Below are positions 1 to 12,471 of a stretch of 64,000 bases of DNA, piece by piece (position 1 is the first letter of the stretch; every line of letters begins with the position of its first letter). The notes beneath the pieces were generated by a model that was not told the DNA's origin, ran no database searches, and worked only from the letters and a program-made list of their open reading frames with translations. This DNA is from Octopus bimaculoides (Eukaryota), in NCBI RefSeq assembly GCF_001194135.2, contig NC_068984.1:84313261-84377260 (forward strand), in the 5' to 3' direction. The position numbers and the translations under genes are program-made.

Positions 1-62
1 GAAAAACAGAAAAAAGGACAGTAATATACATAACGCTGTCTATTGCTATAAAAAGAGTTGAA

Positions 63-800
63 ATGGCTGCAGTAGAGACAGTCGAAGAATGCATGAAAGA
101 AATCAAAAGTCTAACTACGTACTACACCAAAAGAAAGAAATATGGCACAGTGGAGGTACGCTTCACGAGCGAACAAGAAGCGATAAAACACTCCACTGTG
201 CCTTTGAGATCAACTGAGTAGCTACTACCAACCTACTGTGGCAAGCGTGCGGCCAGAGTGAGGATTGGTAGAGTGCCCCCAGAAATTGACGAGGCGTAGC
301 TGGTGGCAGCCATCCTCGATAATACAGAAGAGGAAACCAAAATACTTAAAATCACAAGAACTACGGAGGTAAACTGATGGGATACGGCCTTGAGGTGTCG
401 GTTCACATCAGTTTACCAGACCTCCACAAAATTGCAGAGGAATTGGTGTTGCCGGAGGTTTCAACCGCAGAAGAGCAAAGTATGGAAGAACAGTATACAG
501 TGGTGAAGAGGATGAAGAGTAAGGTGAACTCACCACCAAAAAGTTCTAGGAAGAAAAGAAAAAGAAATGGAGAGGAGACGCAGAGCGTGGAACAAGGAAA
601 AGCGGACGAGCAGAGAAAAAAATGAAAGGCCGACAAAAGTAAGTGAAGGGGTCGAGGAGCGAAGACAGAAACCTTTACCAACAATCGTCAAGGAGGAGAA
701 AGTACAGAAGAAAAAGGAAGATGAAAGAGAAATGATAACAATAAAGAATGAGACATACAGAGATAGAAATACCAGCAACAGTAGACGAGATTGGTGAAGG
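63..800 (+). pseudogene. Degenerate ORF1 (gag-like/RRM) of a Tx1/L1-type LINE
   Basis: Frame from ATG 63 reads MAAVETVEECMKEIKSLTTYYTKRKKYGTVEVRFTSEQEAIKHSTVPLRSTE*LLPTYCGKRAARVRIGRVPPEIDEA*LVAAIL. It has two stops and a frameshift near 375 into ORF 377-625, followed by a K/E/R-rich tail. Family assignment is by resemblance only. Confidence 0.45.
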
Positions 801-1645
801 AAATCAGAGACACCGAAAGGAAAACAATGAAGAAATATGATAAAGTACACAAAAAGTGTAGAAACTGAAAAAAAGATTGCAAAACGAAGAATGTAATTAG
901 AATTAAATTGCCATCCAATGAGAAAAATGTAGGTTTGAAAGCTGTTCTGCTGGAAAGAGAGAGAGAGAGGAGAAAGGTTAAAGGAATTGTTTGGTGAAAA
1001 GTTAGAAGTGACACCGGTACAGTATCGTTTTGATTAATTGCCACCGGTGGTGGCATTCGAAGATTTAACGGAGTATTTGGTGTAAATGAGGGTGAGGAAA
1101 TTTAAGAACTGAATAATTAATGACTATGTAAATTTAAAAAAAAAAGAAGAAAAAAGGGAAAAACAACAGATACGAGACAGAATATTGAACTGTTAGTAAA
1201 ACGTTATATAAAAACAGTAAAATGAAACTGCCTGCTTATGGGAGGGGGGGGGGNNNNNNNNNNNNNNNNNNNNNNNNNNNNNNNNNNNNNNNNNNNNNNN
1301 NNNNNNNNNNNNNNNNNNNNNNNNNNNNNNNNNNNNNNNNNNNNNNNNNNNNNNNNNNNNNNNNNNNNNNNNNNNNNNNNNNNNNNNNNNNNNNNNNNNN
1401 NNNNNNNNNNNNNNNNNNNNNNNNNNNNNNNNNNNNNNNNNNNNNNNNNNNNNNNNNNNNNNNNNNNNNNNNTTTTTTTTTTTTTTTTTTTTGAGATTTT
1501 AATTTCCTCAGAAGTTTTAATACTTTTTTCGCTTAGGGACTATTTCAAGTCGTTCTGTTTGTTTATGATTTCTGGTGTATCGCAGGTTCGAACGGTGTAC
1601 CTTCGCCGAGCGACGTTACTGGTTGTGTCAGTCCACTATTTATTC

Positions 1646-1865
1646 TTATTTTTATTGCCCACAAGGGGCTAAACATAGAGGGGACAAACGGATTAAGTCA
1701 ATTACATCGACCCCAGTGCGTAACTGGTACTTATTTAATCGACCCCGAATGTATGAAAGGCTAAGTCGACCTCGGCGGAATTTGAACTCAGAACGTAGCA
1801 GCAGACGAAATACCGCTAAGCATTTCGCCCGACGTGCTAACGTTTCTGCCAGCTCGCCGCCTTAA
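1646..1865 (-). mobile_element. tRNA-derived SINE, family B, full length with 14-bp TSD
   Basis: Minus strand GGCGGCGAGCTGGCAGAAAC...GAGTTCAAATTCC (A/B-box-like), body GGGGTCGATTAAATAAGTACCAG. Exact TCCACTATTTATTC duplication at 1632-1645 and 1866-1879. Confidence 0.9.
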
Positions 1866-1879
1866 TCCACTATTTATTC

Positions 1880-4800
1880 GTAGTGGACCAGCCCACTTCT
1901 CGTCTGGGGGCGTCCACCACAGCACCTCCCCCTTTGAGATTTTTTTCTAAACACACAGAATTATTATCATTTTCTATTTCCACGACTTTTCATTTACTAG
2001 TTGACATTTCCGAGGCCGCGATTGGAATTTCACCGCTGGTGACTTTGCTGCGAGAGCACAACCTCTTCAGGATTTCACCAATTGTTCAATACCACGGTCG
2101 ATAGTAGGTCAATACATATAACTCCTCATTACTGATTTCATTCTTGAAATACCAGGGTGTCCCATAAGAAATTCACTTAACACACATTTGTGTAGTGCAG
2201 CTGGCACTACAACTCTTTGTGCGTACATCAACACATCATCACACAGAGAAAAATGGCTCGCATTTGTGTTACGTATATTTTTATTTTCTTTTACCTTCAA
2301 TGTTTCTTTCATCTTTGCAATGAATTTGTTATTCTCTGATTTTAATTTTATATCTTGAACAGTTACTGGCAGCTCCCGAATGACGTTACACAAATGTTTT
2401 TTGTATTTCATTTTCCGTTCGCAACGCAGCAATCATGGCACCTGCGAATAGTTCCGTATTTTTTGGAATTAGCCTTGATAAACAATTCGCATGGCGTAAC
2501 CTCTTGGATGGTATATACTCCATCTTAAAGTCGTAACTCTATAATATCGTATCCCAGCGTTGTAACCTATTTGCAGTATGGTTAGGAATTCCTTTCTTCG
2601 ACCCTAAAATTGATAATAATGGTCGGTAATCAGTTTTTAGCCGAAAACTTCTACCGTACAAAATTCTGTGAAATTTCTTCACGGCAAAAATGATCGTTAG
2701 AGCTTTTTTTTTCTATTTCACTATAGTTTTTCTCTGCTGCTATCAGAGAACATGAGGCATTCACCACCGCCTTCACATTACCGTTTTTATATTTGTATAG
2801 CATTACTGCTCCTATGCCGTATTCAGAAGTGACAGAAGCTACAACAATCTCCGCTGTAGGATCAAAATGAGCCAGCGGCAAATCTGATATTAATATTTTT
2901 TTAATATCGTTAAACGCCTTTTGACAATTATTTGAACAATTCCACTTCACGTCCTTTTTAGCAAATTATTTAATGGAGCTCTCAATTCATGCATACTTGG
3001 TATATAATTTTGATAATAATTCGCTAGACCTAGACAAGTTTGTAAGGTCGTTATATCAGTCGGAGGAAGCATGTTTTCAATTGCGTCTGCTCTCGATGGG
3101 TCCGGTCATCGTCCATTCCTGTCGATAATTTGTCCTAAATACTTAAGAACGGTTCACATTCTTCCTCACTCAGTGTGAAATCGTAATCTCTTATTTTTCC
3201 AAAAGCACACTTTACATGCCCGACATGCTGATCACGAGATTCACTTTTAATTAATATATCCTCCAGCTATGGAATTGCGAATTCACAGTCCGCTAACATT
3301 GTATTCATAACTTTTGAAAAAATTGCAGTTGTGACTTTTAGACCAAATGGTAATCTGTTATATTTATATAGTCCTTTATGCGTTTTCACTGTTAGATATT
3401 TCGAGCATTCCTCGTCTACTATAATTTGTAGGCATGCATCGGAAAGATCCTGTTTCGAAAATATCTTGCTCCCGTTTAACTTCGCAAAAATATCCTCCGC
3501 AGTAGGTAGCGAATAGTGACGTTTTTAGACGTTCATTCAAGCCAGTGGGAAAATCAGCACACACCCTGATTCTTATTTTTTTTTTAATACACACCGTTGG
3601 AGCTGCCCATTTTGCATATTCCACTTTTTGGATGACTCCAATGTTCTCTAATCTTCATCGACATGTTTTATCGCAGCAAAAGGTAGCGTTCTTTTTGTTT
3701 TGAACACTGGTGTTGCGTTTTCCTTAATTTGGAAACATGCCTCAGCCTTTGTACACAAATCTAATTTATCCGACAGCACTTCAGGAAAAGCATTAAAAAA
3801 ATTTTTTTTAATTTATCTGACACTTTATTCTTACTGGAGGAACAGTCATTTATGTTTTTACAGAACAGATTTATGGGGCGGTCCCATTAACACAAAATGT
3901 AATGTCGCTTACCAGACGCCCGGTGCACTTTTCGAAGTTTTCTTTAATGCAGGTTTCCCAATTTCCACGTGTCGGTATCAATAACTGTAATGTCACTACC
4001 TGTGTCTAGTTGTAGTTTCACGTTCGCGTCGTTTATTTTTACACACACATACTTTCTTTTTGGGGTGTCTTCACAACTTTCTGTTGAGCAAATCTTTTCA
4101 GAACAATTTTTTCCGACCTGTTTTGCTTCGCTAAGAATAACGAGCTTTTATGTCCTATTTTTTTGACAACTAAAACATTTCCGAGTTTTCAATGGACAGT
4201 CTTTCTTAAAATGCAGACATCCACACTCATAGCATGAATTTGGTTGTAACATTCTTTTTTCTTTATTTATTCCCGGTTGACATGTCTGTACTTGAGAAAA
4301 ATGTTTTTCTTCGATTTTTCTTTTCCCGTTACAAGTTGATAATTCTTTGACATCCCTCTGCTAATGCCTGCAGGGTTAAATTCTGGTCCTCTTGTTCTAG
4401 TTTTGTAAGAATTCGTGCAAGTATTTCTGCATCTTTGTTTGCCGTCAAACCTTTGCACAAAGACGAGACGTTTAAACATCTCCGGAGATAATTCCTTCAG
4501 TTAAAATTTTTCGCACATTTTATTTACGATTCCGACGTAACTGACAAGATATTCGTCCGCTTCTTTTACTAAGTTCAAACACTCCCAACGTGTGTTGAAT
4601 AGGGAACTCTTATCGCTGAACATTTTGGAGAGAAATTCAATTGTTTCACTTCTTTTTAGGCAAGATAAAATTGCATTATGTTTCATGTTCTGAAAGATCT
4701 AGTTTCTGTAGCAGTAGTCTCACTCTTTCATTGTATGTCCAACACTTGAATTCTTCTTTGAAGATTTCTTCGTATCTTTTGAAGTATGCCGAAAAAGTTA

Positions 4801-4990
4801 TACCCTCTTTTAGGTTATAGCTAAATTCAGTTATAGCATTCGCTACGGCGTCTGCAGTGTTTCTCGACTTCAACATCAGTTCCAGCAACTGATTGTGTTG
4901 TAGTTGTTGCTGTTGTAGTTGTTAGTGCAACTCCTGTTGCCGCTTTCTCTGTTTTTGAAACTGTAATATGCTAGCTAATGGGTCTTCCAT
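1880..4990 (-). mobile_element. Decayed Ty3/Gypsy LTR retrotransposon (K02A2.6/Mag-like): gag-PR-RT-RNaseH-IN(Zn only)-PPT
   Basis: gag from ATG 4990 (FSAYFKRYEEIF..RVRLLLQKL). RT RLPFGLK..AIFQKVMNTML..*LED, with YxDD destroyed near 3260. RNaseH LAHFDP..ASEYGIGAV. IN zinc motif GHPGISRMKSVMRSYMYW. PPT AAAGGGGGAGG at 1935-1925 followed by TG. Many stops and frameshifts. Confidence 0.92.
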
Positions 4991-5087
4991 AATTAACGAA
5001 TTAGAGGAGGCAGGTTTGGATACTACACTGATTAACATACCCATTCTGTTGATAAATATACGAGTGCATATCTTAGACGTCTGTATA

Positions 5088-5120
<33 letters not shown>

Positions 5121-5319
5121 GCATATATATCGAGTACACACACACACACACAGAGGCTTATGTGTGTGTCTGTTTGTGCGTGTATGTATGTGTGTGAATG
5201 CGTGTATGAATGTGTGCGCGCGTGCGTGTCAGTATCTAAAATATGCAGTTATTAAAATACGCACGTTTGCTGTTTAATCCACTCTTACTTCATCATTATT
5301 TTGTGAGAATAGCAATTTT

Positions 5320-6527
5320 CAGGCGTTGGATAAAATAATGGAAACATCACTTTTGTTTAATTATTTTTTCTATTGGCAATGTGACAAATTAAAACTTAAT
5401 TTCATCCACATATAAGTATTCATATGCATTATGTATACCTTGTACTTCATGATATGGTTCTCGGTTTTCATTTTGTCTTTTTCTCTTACAGATATTTATA
5501 TTTGACGTTAAGATGCATATGGACAAAGTTGGAGCACGGATGATTGGAGTTTCAGTCACTAAAACTATTCAATTGTTTAATGCTTTTAGAGTTACAGTCT
5601 CTAAGATCACATTGCCATTCCAAAACCAAGGCAAAAACCAGCCCTAGTGAGCATAATTCTGGGCTGAAGGCAAAGCTCGCAAAAGGGGAATGCAGAATCG
5701 TATTGTGTCTACAAACCATTGAAATATGGCAGCAAAAGTGACAGCAAATCTAAGCCATCATCTTGCCAACCCTGCATCAGCCAAAATCGTTCGCCATAAC
5801 CGGCATAAAGCTGAAGAACATGAGAGGGCTGCAATTTCTAAATCTCTTCTGTCCCCCAACAACACTGATATGCAGAAAAAATGATGTCTAGACTATCAGA
5901 AGTGGTCGTTGGTTCATAGGAACAATGTCGTCTCTGGTGAATCATCATTCACCCCATCATCAGGGCGAGTTTATTTTTGGAGACAGCCGAAAGGGGCCTC
6001 CAATCTGGCCGTTTGGAAGCCTACAGTGAAGCATGCAGGCGACTCTGTGATTATTTGGGCAGCCATATCACAGAATTCACTTGACCCTTCAGTTGTTGTA
6101 TATGGCAGCATTAACACCAAAGATTATCTGTGATTATCATGTCCAATCTATGGTACAAACATTATTCCCTGATGGTAATGCAAACTTCCAGAACAATAAT
6201 GCATCGTTTGGTATGAAGAGCACAAAAGTGAAGTAAACTTCTTGGAATGACCCCAACAGTCACTGTATGTCAAGGAAATCGAACATTTATGGTATATTTA
6301 AGAGCATCAAGTAAAGAGCCGCTTCCCGCCACCATCGTCATTGAAAGAGCTAAAGCAGATTTTACATCAGGAATGTCTTAAAATTCTCCTAACAGCCGTT
6401 CAGAACCTGTACAAGTCAATTACTCAACGTATTAAAGCTGTGATTAATGTCAAGGATGGACCAACCCCGCATTAAATGATAAAGCTTCCATTTAACAAGA
6501 CGTTCGAATTATTTTGTTGAAGCCATG
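5320..6527 (+). mobile_element. Decayed Tc1-family (DD34E-type) DNA transposon
   Basis: Remnants SGESSF, PTVKHAGDSVIIW, FQNNNA, W..QSL..IEHLW and RIKAVINVKDGPTPH*. Imperfect TIRs (CAGGCGTTGGATAAAATAATGG vs reverse complement of 6500-6527), with TA after the right end. Confidence 0.85.
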
Positions 6528-7114
6528 TATATATTATTTGGTACATTACCAATTAGTAAAAACGAAGAATCGAAAACCATTACATTGAATTTCTCTCGAG
6601 AATCGCTACACGAAGACAAGATTTCTGTAGTATCTCAACAGCGCTGTTTGCAAGCTAAGCTTAGAGTCTCCACAATTTCCGAGAGAGTTCGTCAAGACGA
6701 CAAGGTTCGATTCGGGTGGCCATGAAGATCATCAGATACTTAGCAACAAGGCTTCTTTCTTTGAAAGGCGTAATGAATTCATATTTACAAGAAAAAATTT
6801 TGTACTTTTCCTGAACCGAAACAAGCAGTTATGTTCTGTGATATATTTTGTCTTCTGAAAGTAAATCCAATCAAAATTGGTCTTTTTGAACATAGAATGC
6901 TATCAACTGAGATACTTTGCGGCTCTTGCATTTAGCTCATCATCGTCGTCAAGACCTCAAGTCATATCTGCCCCTATGTGTCGGCCCTCTGAAACTTCGC
7001 TTCCTTCACACTTTCTCCCCCTATTTTTCCTATGTCTGTCTTACTGAAAAAGTTTCAAGCAGAACATCAATCATATCAGTCTCACTACTATGGGATAACA
7101 ACGAAATATGTGTG

Positions 7115-7149
<35 letters not shown>

Positions 7150-7436
7150 TCTCTTGCATAACAAGTAGCAAAGACCTCTACTAAAACTACCTGTAGGCAG
7201 TGAGTAATGCACTTCTTTTTTTTTTTTTTTTTTTTTTGGCATGCTAAACATGAATGAAACTGAATTGATATTCCTGATATTTACCCAGACGTGTTGATGA
7301 CATCACCACCAATATTAGCCAATCATTCTCGTTGGATTTCAATTCTAGAAATGATATAAGAAACCTGATATATCATCAAAAACACCTACACATTGCATTG
7401 AAATTGCTTTTTTGTTATGTGTGTGTGTATGATATA

Positions 7437-7481
<45 letters not shown>

Positions 7482-7487
7482 ATATAT

Positions 7488-7559
<72 letters not shown>

Positions 7560-7655
7560 AAATGTATATATTATGTATATATACATATATACGTATACAT
7601 AATATATATATGTGTAAATGTATATATTATGCATATATACATGTGTATATATATT

Positions 7656-7990
7656 TGTAGTGAAACTACCTCCCGCCATTAGATACAAACTACTATCGCC
7701 ATTACATACAATCTTCTCATTTAAATATAAATAAATGCGAGCGTAGTAGAGAACCCATTCCTTGTCATCACGTGACTGATCATTATTCGAATCGGCAACT
7801 TCTTCGAACCGTTCCCGCCAGAACGCAAACTGACCAATCACGGCCCCTAATAAGGTCACGTGATAGAGTAAAATTCTGAAGCCATCGGGAGCCCATAGTT
7901 TGTTATAAATAGCTTTAACTCGGCAACCAAATTTGTCTCGGTCCAGTTTCTCTTTGAGAACTGTTCCGTGTACCACACGACAGCAGCAGC
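7656..7990 (+). mobile_element. LTR-like repeat copy 1 (starts TGTAGTG, truncated by gap) with Pol II promoter motifs
   Basis: Clearly homologous to 40123-40480. TCACGTGA at 7768 and 7856, CCAAT at 7834, TATAAATA at 7904. Confidence 0.6.
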
Positions 7991-8834
7991 NNNNNNNNNN
8001 NNNNNNNNNNNNNNNNNNNNNNNNNNNNNNNNNNNNNNNNNNNNNNNNNNNNNNNNNNNNNNNNNNNNNNNNNNNNNNNNNNNNNNNNNNNNNNNNNNNN
8101 NNNNNNNNNNNNNNNNNNNNNNNNNNNNNNNNNNNNNNNNNNNNNNNNNNNNNNNNNNNNNNNNNNNNNNNNNNNNNNNNNNNNNNNNNNNNNNNNNNNN
8201 NNNNNNNNNNNNNNNNNNNNNNNNNNNNNNNNNNNNNNNNNNNNNNNNNNNNNNNNNNNNNNNNNNNNNNNNNNNNNNNNNNNNNNNNNNNNNNNNNNNN
8301 NNNNNNNNNNNNNNNNNNNNNNNNNNNNNNNNNNNNNNNNNNNNNNNNNNNNNNNNNNNNNNNNNNNNNNNNNNNNNNNNNNNNNNNNNNNNNNNNNNNN
8401 NNNNNNNNNNNNNNNNNNNNNNNNNNNNNNNNNNNNNNNNNNNNNNNNNNNNNNNNNNNNNNNNNNNNNNNNNNNNNNNNNNNNNNNNNNNNNNNNNNNN
8501 NNNNNNNNNNNNNNNNNNNNNNNNNNNNNNNNNNNNNNNNNNNNNNNNNNNNNNNNNNNNNNNNNNNNNNNNNNNNNNNNNNNNNNNNNNNNNNNNNNNN
8601 NNNNNNNNNNNNNNNNNNNNNNNNNNNNNNNNNNNNNNNNNNNNNNNNNNNNNNNNNNNNNNNNNNNNNNNNNNNNNNNNNNNTGTATAAATGTATATAT
8701 TACGTAAATATACATATATACGTATACATAATATATATAAACATGTGTGTTCATGTATATTCATTATATATATATATATGTATATACAATCATTTATATC
8801 TATATACTTATATATCGTTTGTTATATATACATT

Positions 8835-9232
8835 CTTTTTTTCTTTTACTTGTTTCAGTCATTTGGTTGCTGCTATGCTGGAGCCCCACCTTGAAGTGTT
8901 GCTTTAATTGAACAAATCGACCTCAGAGCTTATTTTTGAAGCCTAGTACTTATTCTATCGGTCACTTTTGCCGAACCGCTAAGCTATGGGGACGTAAACA
9001 CACCAAAACCTTCTGTCAACTGGTGATGGGGGTGGGGGGACAAACATAGACACAAAAACACTACACATATATATATATGCGACTGGCTTCTTTCAGTTTC
9101 CGCCTACCAAATCCACTCACAAGATTTTGGTCAGCCCGAAGTTGTAGTAGAAGACACTTGCCCGATATGCCACGTAGTGGCACTGAACCCGGAACCATGT
9201 GGTTGGGAAGCAAGCTTCTCATCACGCAGCTA
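8835..9232 (-). mobile_element. tRNA-derived SINE, family A (CORE-like body, internal microsatellite)
   Basis: Reverse complement of the family consensus: head GTGG..GGTTCAGT, body TGGCACCTTGGGCAAGTGTCTT-like, tail GAAACAAGTAAAAG. Confidence 0.9.
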
Positions 9233-9724
9233 CAAGTACATAAGTATATATGTACATACTTTTTTATGTGTGTGTGCGTGCACGCACGCATTTATGTTTG
9301 AGTGTGTATGTATGTATGTATGTATGTACGTACGTATGTGTGTATGAATTTGTTTTGAAACGATTCCAGCATTATGTAATACCTTATTAATAGATAGTGA
9401 ACTCAAGAAAATGTTTTGCGAAGCTCCAGCACTCTGTATAACGTATCAGTTAGGAGTCTTCGAAAAATCGGTCGGCAGTTGTGTGAAATTTTGATTTTCT
9501 TTAATACTTTCACTTCACTACTTACAGTGGGTGTTATAATCAGAGCGTGCAGGAACTGCGACGCCTACCTGCAGAGTTATAAAATAACAATTCAGCTCCA
9601 ATATTTATTTATTTATTTATCTATTTACTTATTTATTTATTTGTTGTGCATTTTGTAGTATTACAAAAAGAAAGAGAAAGAAAGGATGAAAGAAAGAAAG
9701 AGGAAAGGAAAAAGAAATAGTAAA

Positions 9725-10143
9725 GACGTAGGCATGGCTGTTTGCGCTGCACCTTGAGCAAGTGTCTTCTGTCGCACCGGACCGACCAATGCCTTTTGAA
9801 TGAATTTGCGGATGGAAACTGAAAGAAGCCAGCCATACGCACGCGCGTAATACATATATACACGTTTATACACATACACATACATACACACACATGTTTA
9901 TATATGTGTGTACATAAATATATATGCATGTGTGTGTGGGTGTCTATGTTTGTGTTATATCCACTGCTTGATTACTGATTTTGGTTTGTTTACGTCCGCG
10001 TAATTTAAAGGTTCGGCAACAAAGACCGATAGAATAAGAAAATAAGTAACAGACTTACAAAGTAAGCATTGGTGTCGATTTGTTCGGTTAAACCCTTCAA
10101 AGGGGTGCCGCAACCCAATGACCGAAACAAGTAAAACGTAAAA
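9725..10143 (+). mobile_element. SINE family A, diverged copy
   Basis: CACCTTGAGCAAGTGTCTTC, GGAAACTGAAAGAAGCC, internal CA/TA repeats, tail GAAACAAGTAAAACGTAAAAG. Confidence 0.8.
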
Positions 10144-10579
10144 GTGTCGGGAAAATGCTTTCCTGTAAACTTATGCACATCTTGCGTTCAGATTCTGTCG
10201 GGGGCTTCATCATTTTCCCATTCACCTTCTGTAGATCGATAAAATAAGTAATATGCGATCAAGATTTATTGCCTTCTTTTACAATGTGTGGCTTTGTGCC
10301 AATGTAAAACGTTATTTTGTTGTTCTGGCTTGAACTCAAATCAGTCATAACCAAAAGCTATGGTCAAAAGCTGACCATCCTATTCGATTTCTATTTTCCG
10401 TGTTTACAGAATGACGTCATTCAACCATCCAAAGTGTTGCTCTCCCTTTTTTAAGATGCTAGGGTGTGATTTAATGGGAATCTTGGCTGCTATTTCTAAC
10501 AGGTGGCAGTTTGTTCGTTGTCCAGTTTTTAAGTTGATACCATTGTTCAATAAATATTTAAAGAACATCTTTAATCTAT

Positions 10580-11060
10580 TAGAAATTTAGATACAAAGAA
10601 AACGAAGAAAGAGCAGAAAGGAAAAGAAAGAAAAGGAAAAATGGGGTGGGGTTAAGCAGCGGAAGATGGAGGGGGAAGGGTAATGGGCCACATATTCCAG
10701 AACAAATGGTATGATCAGATGCACTCCACGGTAATGACCGCAATGGCATTGCCGCGGAGAATGGTCGGCGACACTCCCTGCAACAGCCACTCCACCTCGG
10801 GAGGCTCATTTTCTAACGGGCCGCCATTTCGCGGAGGAAATCGGTAGTACGGGGTCCTAGGATAGCTGACGTCTCTCAACGGCGATTAGCACCAACTGAT
10901 AGCGGCCGGACAGGCCCTAGTATTTATTGAGTTTTCTCTACTCCGCGTTACGGGTCCCTGTATTTATTGAGTTTTCTCTTCGCGTTACAGGCGGCGATAC
11001 CCCCGGTTTTGCAGCAGATGTTGTAAGGCTGGGGGCCGATCGACTCAACCATTCTTACGC
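10580..11060 (-). mobile_element. 3' fragment of a CRE-like (RLE) non-LTR retrotransposon
   Basis: Minus strand reads EVEWLLQGVSPTILRGNAIAV, resembling the CRE C-terminal WL.QR.S...RGNA motif, and is followed by a T-rich tail. Internal ~40-bp duplication at 10920-10991. Confidence 0.6.
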
Positions 11061-11443
11061 TGTCATAATCAACGACACACAATAAAAAAAAGTGTTAGTT
11101 CTTTGCTTTTCAGACCAATGGAGGGATAACTGGCTTGCTGGCTGGATAGAAGAATGGATAGACGGACAGGCGGACGAACTGAGATAGATGTATAAAAGAT
11201 ATATAAATAACTGGACAAAGAGATAGAAAGAGACAAATAGATTGATACAGAGATAAACAGACAGATAGACGGGCAGGTAGATAGAAAGACAGATAGACAG
11301 ATTGATACAGCGATAAACAAACAAACAGACGGACAGGTAGATAGAAAGGCAGATAGATAGATCAATAGCGGTACAGATAGACACGCGCACGTAACACACA
11401 CACACACACACATTGCGGGACACTGACGAGGAATTGTATTATT

Positions 11444-11532
11444 GACACTGATGAGGTAAACTGTAAGATTGCATAATGTTTATACTACTGTTATGGAATT
11501 ATTACAGCATTTTGTTGAAACACGTGTATGTT
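11444..11532 (+). ncRNA. Type I hammerhead ribozyme motif, long stem II
   Basis: GACA-CTGATGA-[GGTAAA CTGTAA..CATAA..TTATG..TTACAG CATTTTGTT]-GAAAC-ACGT-GTA-TGTT. All core nucleotides are present, with palindromic stem III ACACGTGT and a 4-bp stem I. Confidence 0.65.
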
Positions 11533-11569
11533 CTATAAAGGAGTGAACACCATACCTTCTTTCTGCTTA

Positions 11570-11613
<44 letters not shown>

Positions 11614-11644
11614 TGCGCGCGCGCGTTTATGTATAAACTTTAAG

Positions 11645-12088
11645 TTAGTTCAAATATGTTTGTGATATACTTTAACTTCTAAAGGCAGTTTCACTGCAAC
11701 TTACCGTGGAGAAAAATTTTCGTTTATGGTAAAGGTGCTTATGAGCAGCAAAGGTGGAAGAACCACCTCTACTGCTCAGTGCCACCTTATATCGAACTCC
11801 TAGATGCGTTTCTGGCTCTTTAGCCTTCTTCAGTAGAAGATACTGAAGAGAGGGATAACCCTGAGTAGATTAGAAAGCCATGACCTTAGAATGGAACAGT
11901 CAATATTAATGACTGACTTGTGCTGGTAGACCGCCCGGTCAGGACAAATGTAGTAGTAGCCGCGCTAAGCAGGAATGAGTAACACTTTGGTCAGTTCAAA
12001 TATGTTTCTGACATATTTTAATTTCGAAAGGCAATTTTACAGCAGTTTACTTTGGAGAAAAAATTCTTGCTTATGGTAAAAGATGCTA
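11645..12088 (-). repeat. 346-bp-period unit with ~95-bp diverged direct repeats (retrozyme/pLTR-like)
   Basis: AGTTCAAATATGTTT..GGAGAAAAA..ATGGTAAA.G.TGCT at 11647-11739 and 11993-12087. The interior contains several hairpins and an HHR. Confidence 0.7.
11797..11839 (-). ncRNA. Minimal type I hammerhead ribozyme motif
   Basis: Minus strand CTTCTA-CTGAAGA-A-GGCT AAAG AGCC-A-GAAAC GC ATC-TAGGAG. Stem I is 6 bp and stem II 4 bp. Stem III ACGCGT carries one G>A change, consistent with CpG decay. Confidence 0.75.
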
Positions 12089-12425
12089 AAACACTTTATC
12101 TGCTTAGTGTCACCTTTCTAATTCTTTCTACTACTACTACTACTACTACCGCTGCTGCTACTACTAGTACTATATGTATGTGCGTGTATATATATATATG
12201 TCGATAGACAGACAGACAAGTAGATAGATTATAAGTAGGTAGAGACGTAGGTAAGGAAAGACAGAAAGGAGAGAGAAATAAGAACAACTGTTACCATGTA
12301 ATGAGGTATAACATCCTATCTTTGTTCTCTTTAAAGTTGCAACTGAAGCAGAAATGAGCTACAATTATGTTTTATGCAAGTAAATTTTTCTGTGAGGTGA
12401 ATAGGTTACGCACAACGTACACCTC

Positions 12426-12469
<44 letters not shown>

Positions 12470-12471
12470 AT

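Noticed and set aside
5950-5965. CUGANGA matches inside Tc1, mariner, R4 and CR1 coding remnants (5957, 33660, 43512, 45059)
   Set aside because: They are explained by protein-coding sequence and lack the downstream GAAA and stems.
6560-6900. Possible host exon or hAT fragment
   Set aside because: No convincing splice signals or recognisable domain in any frame.
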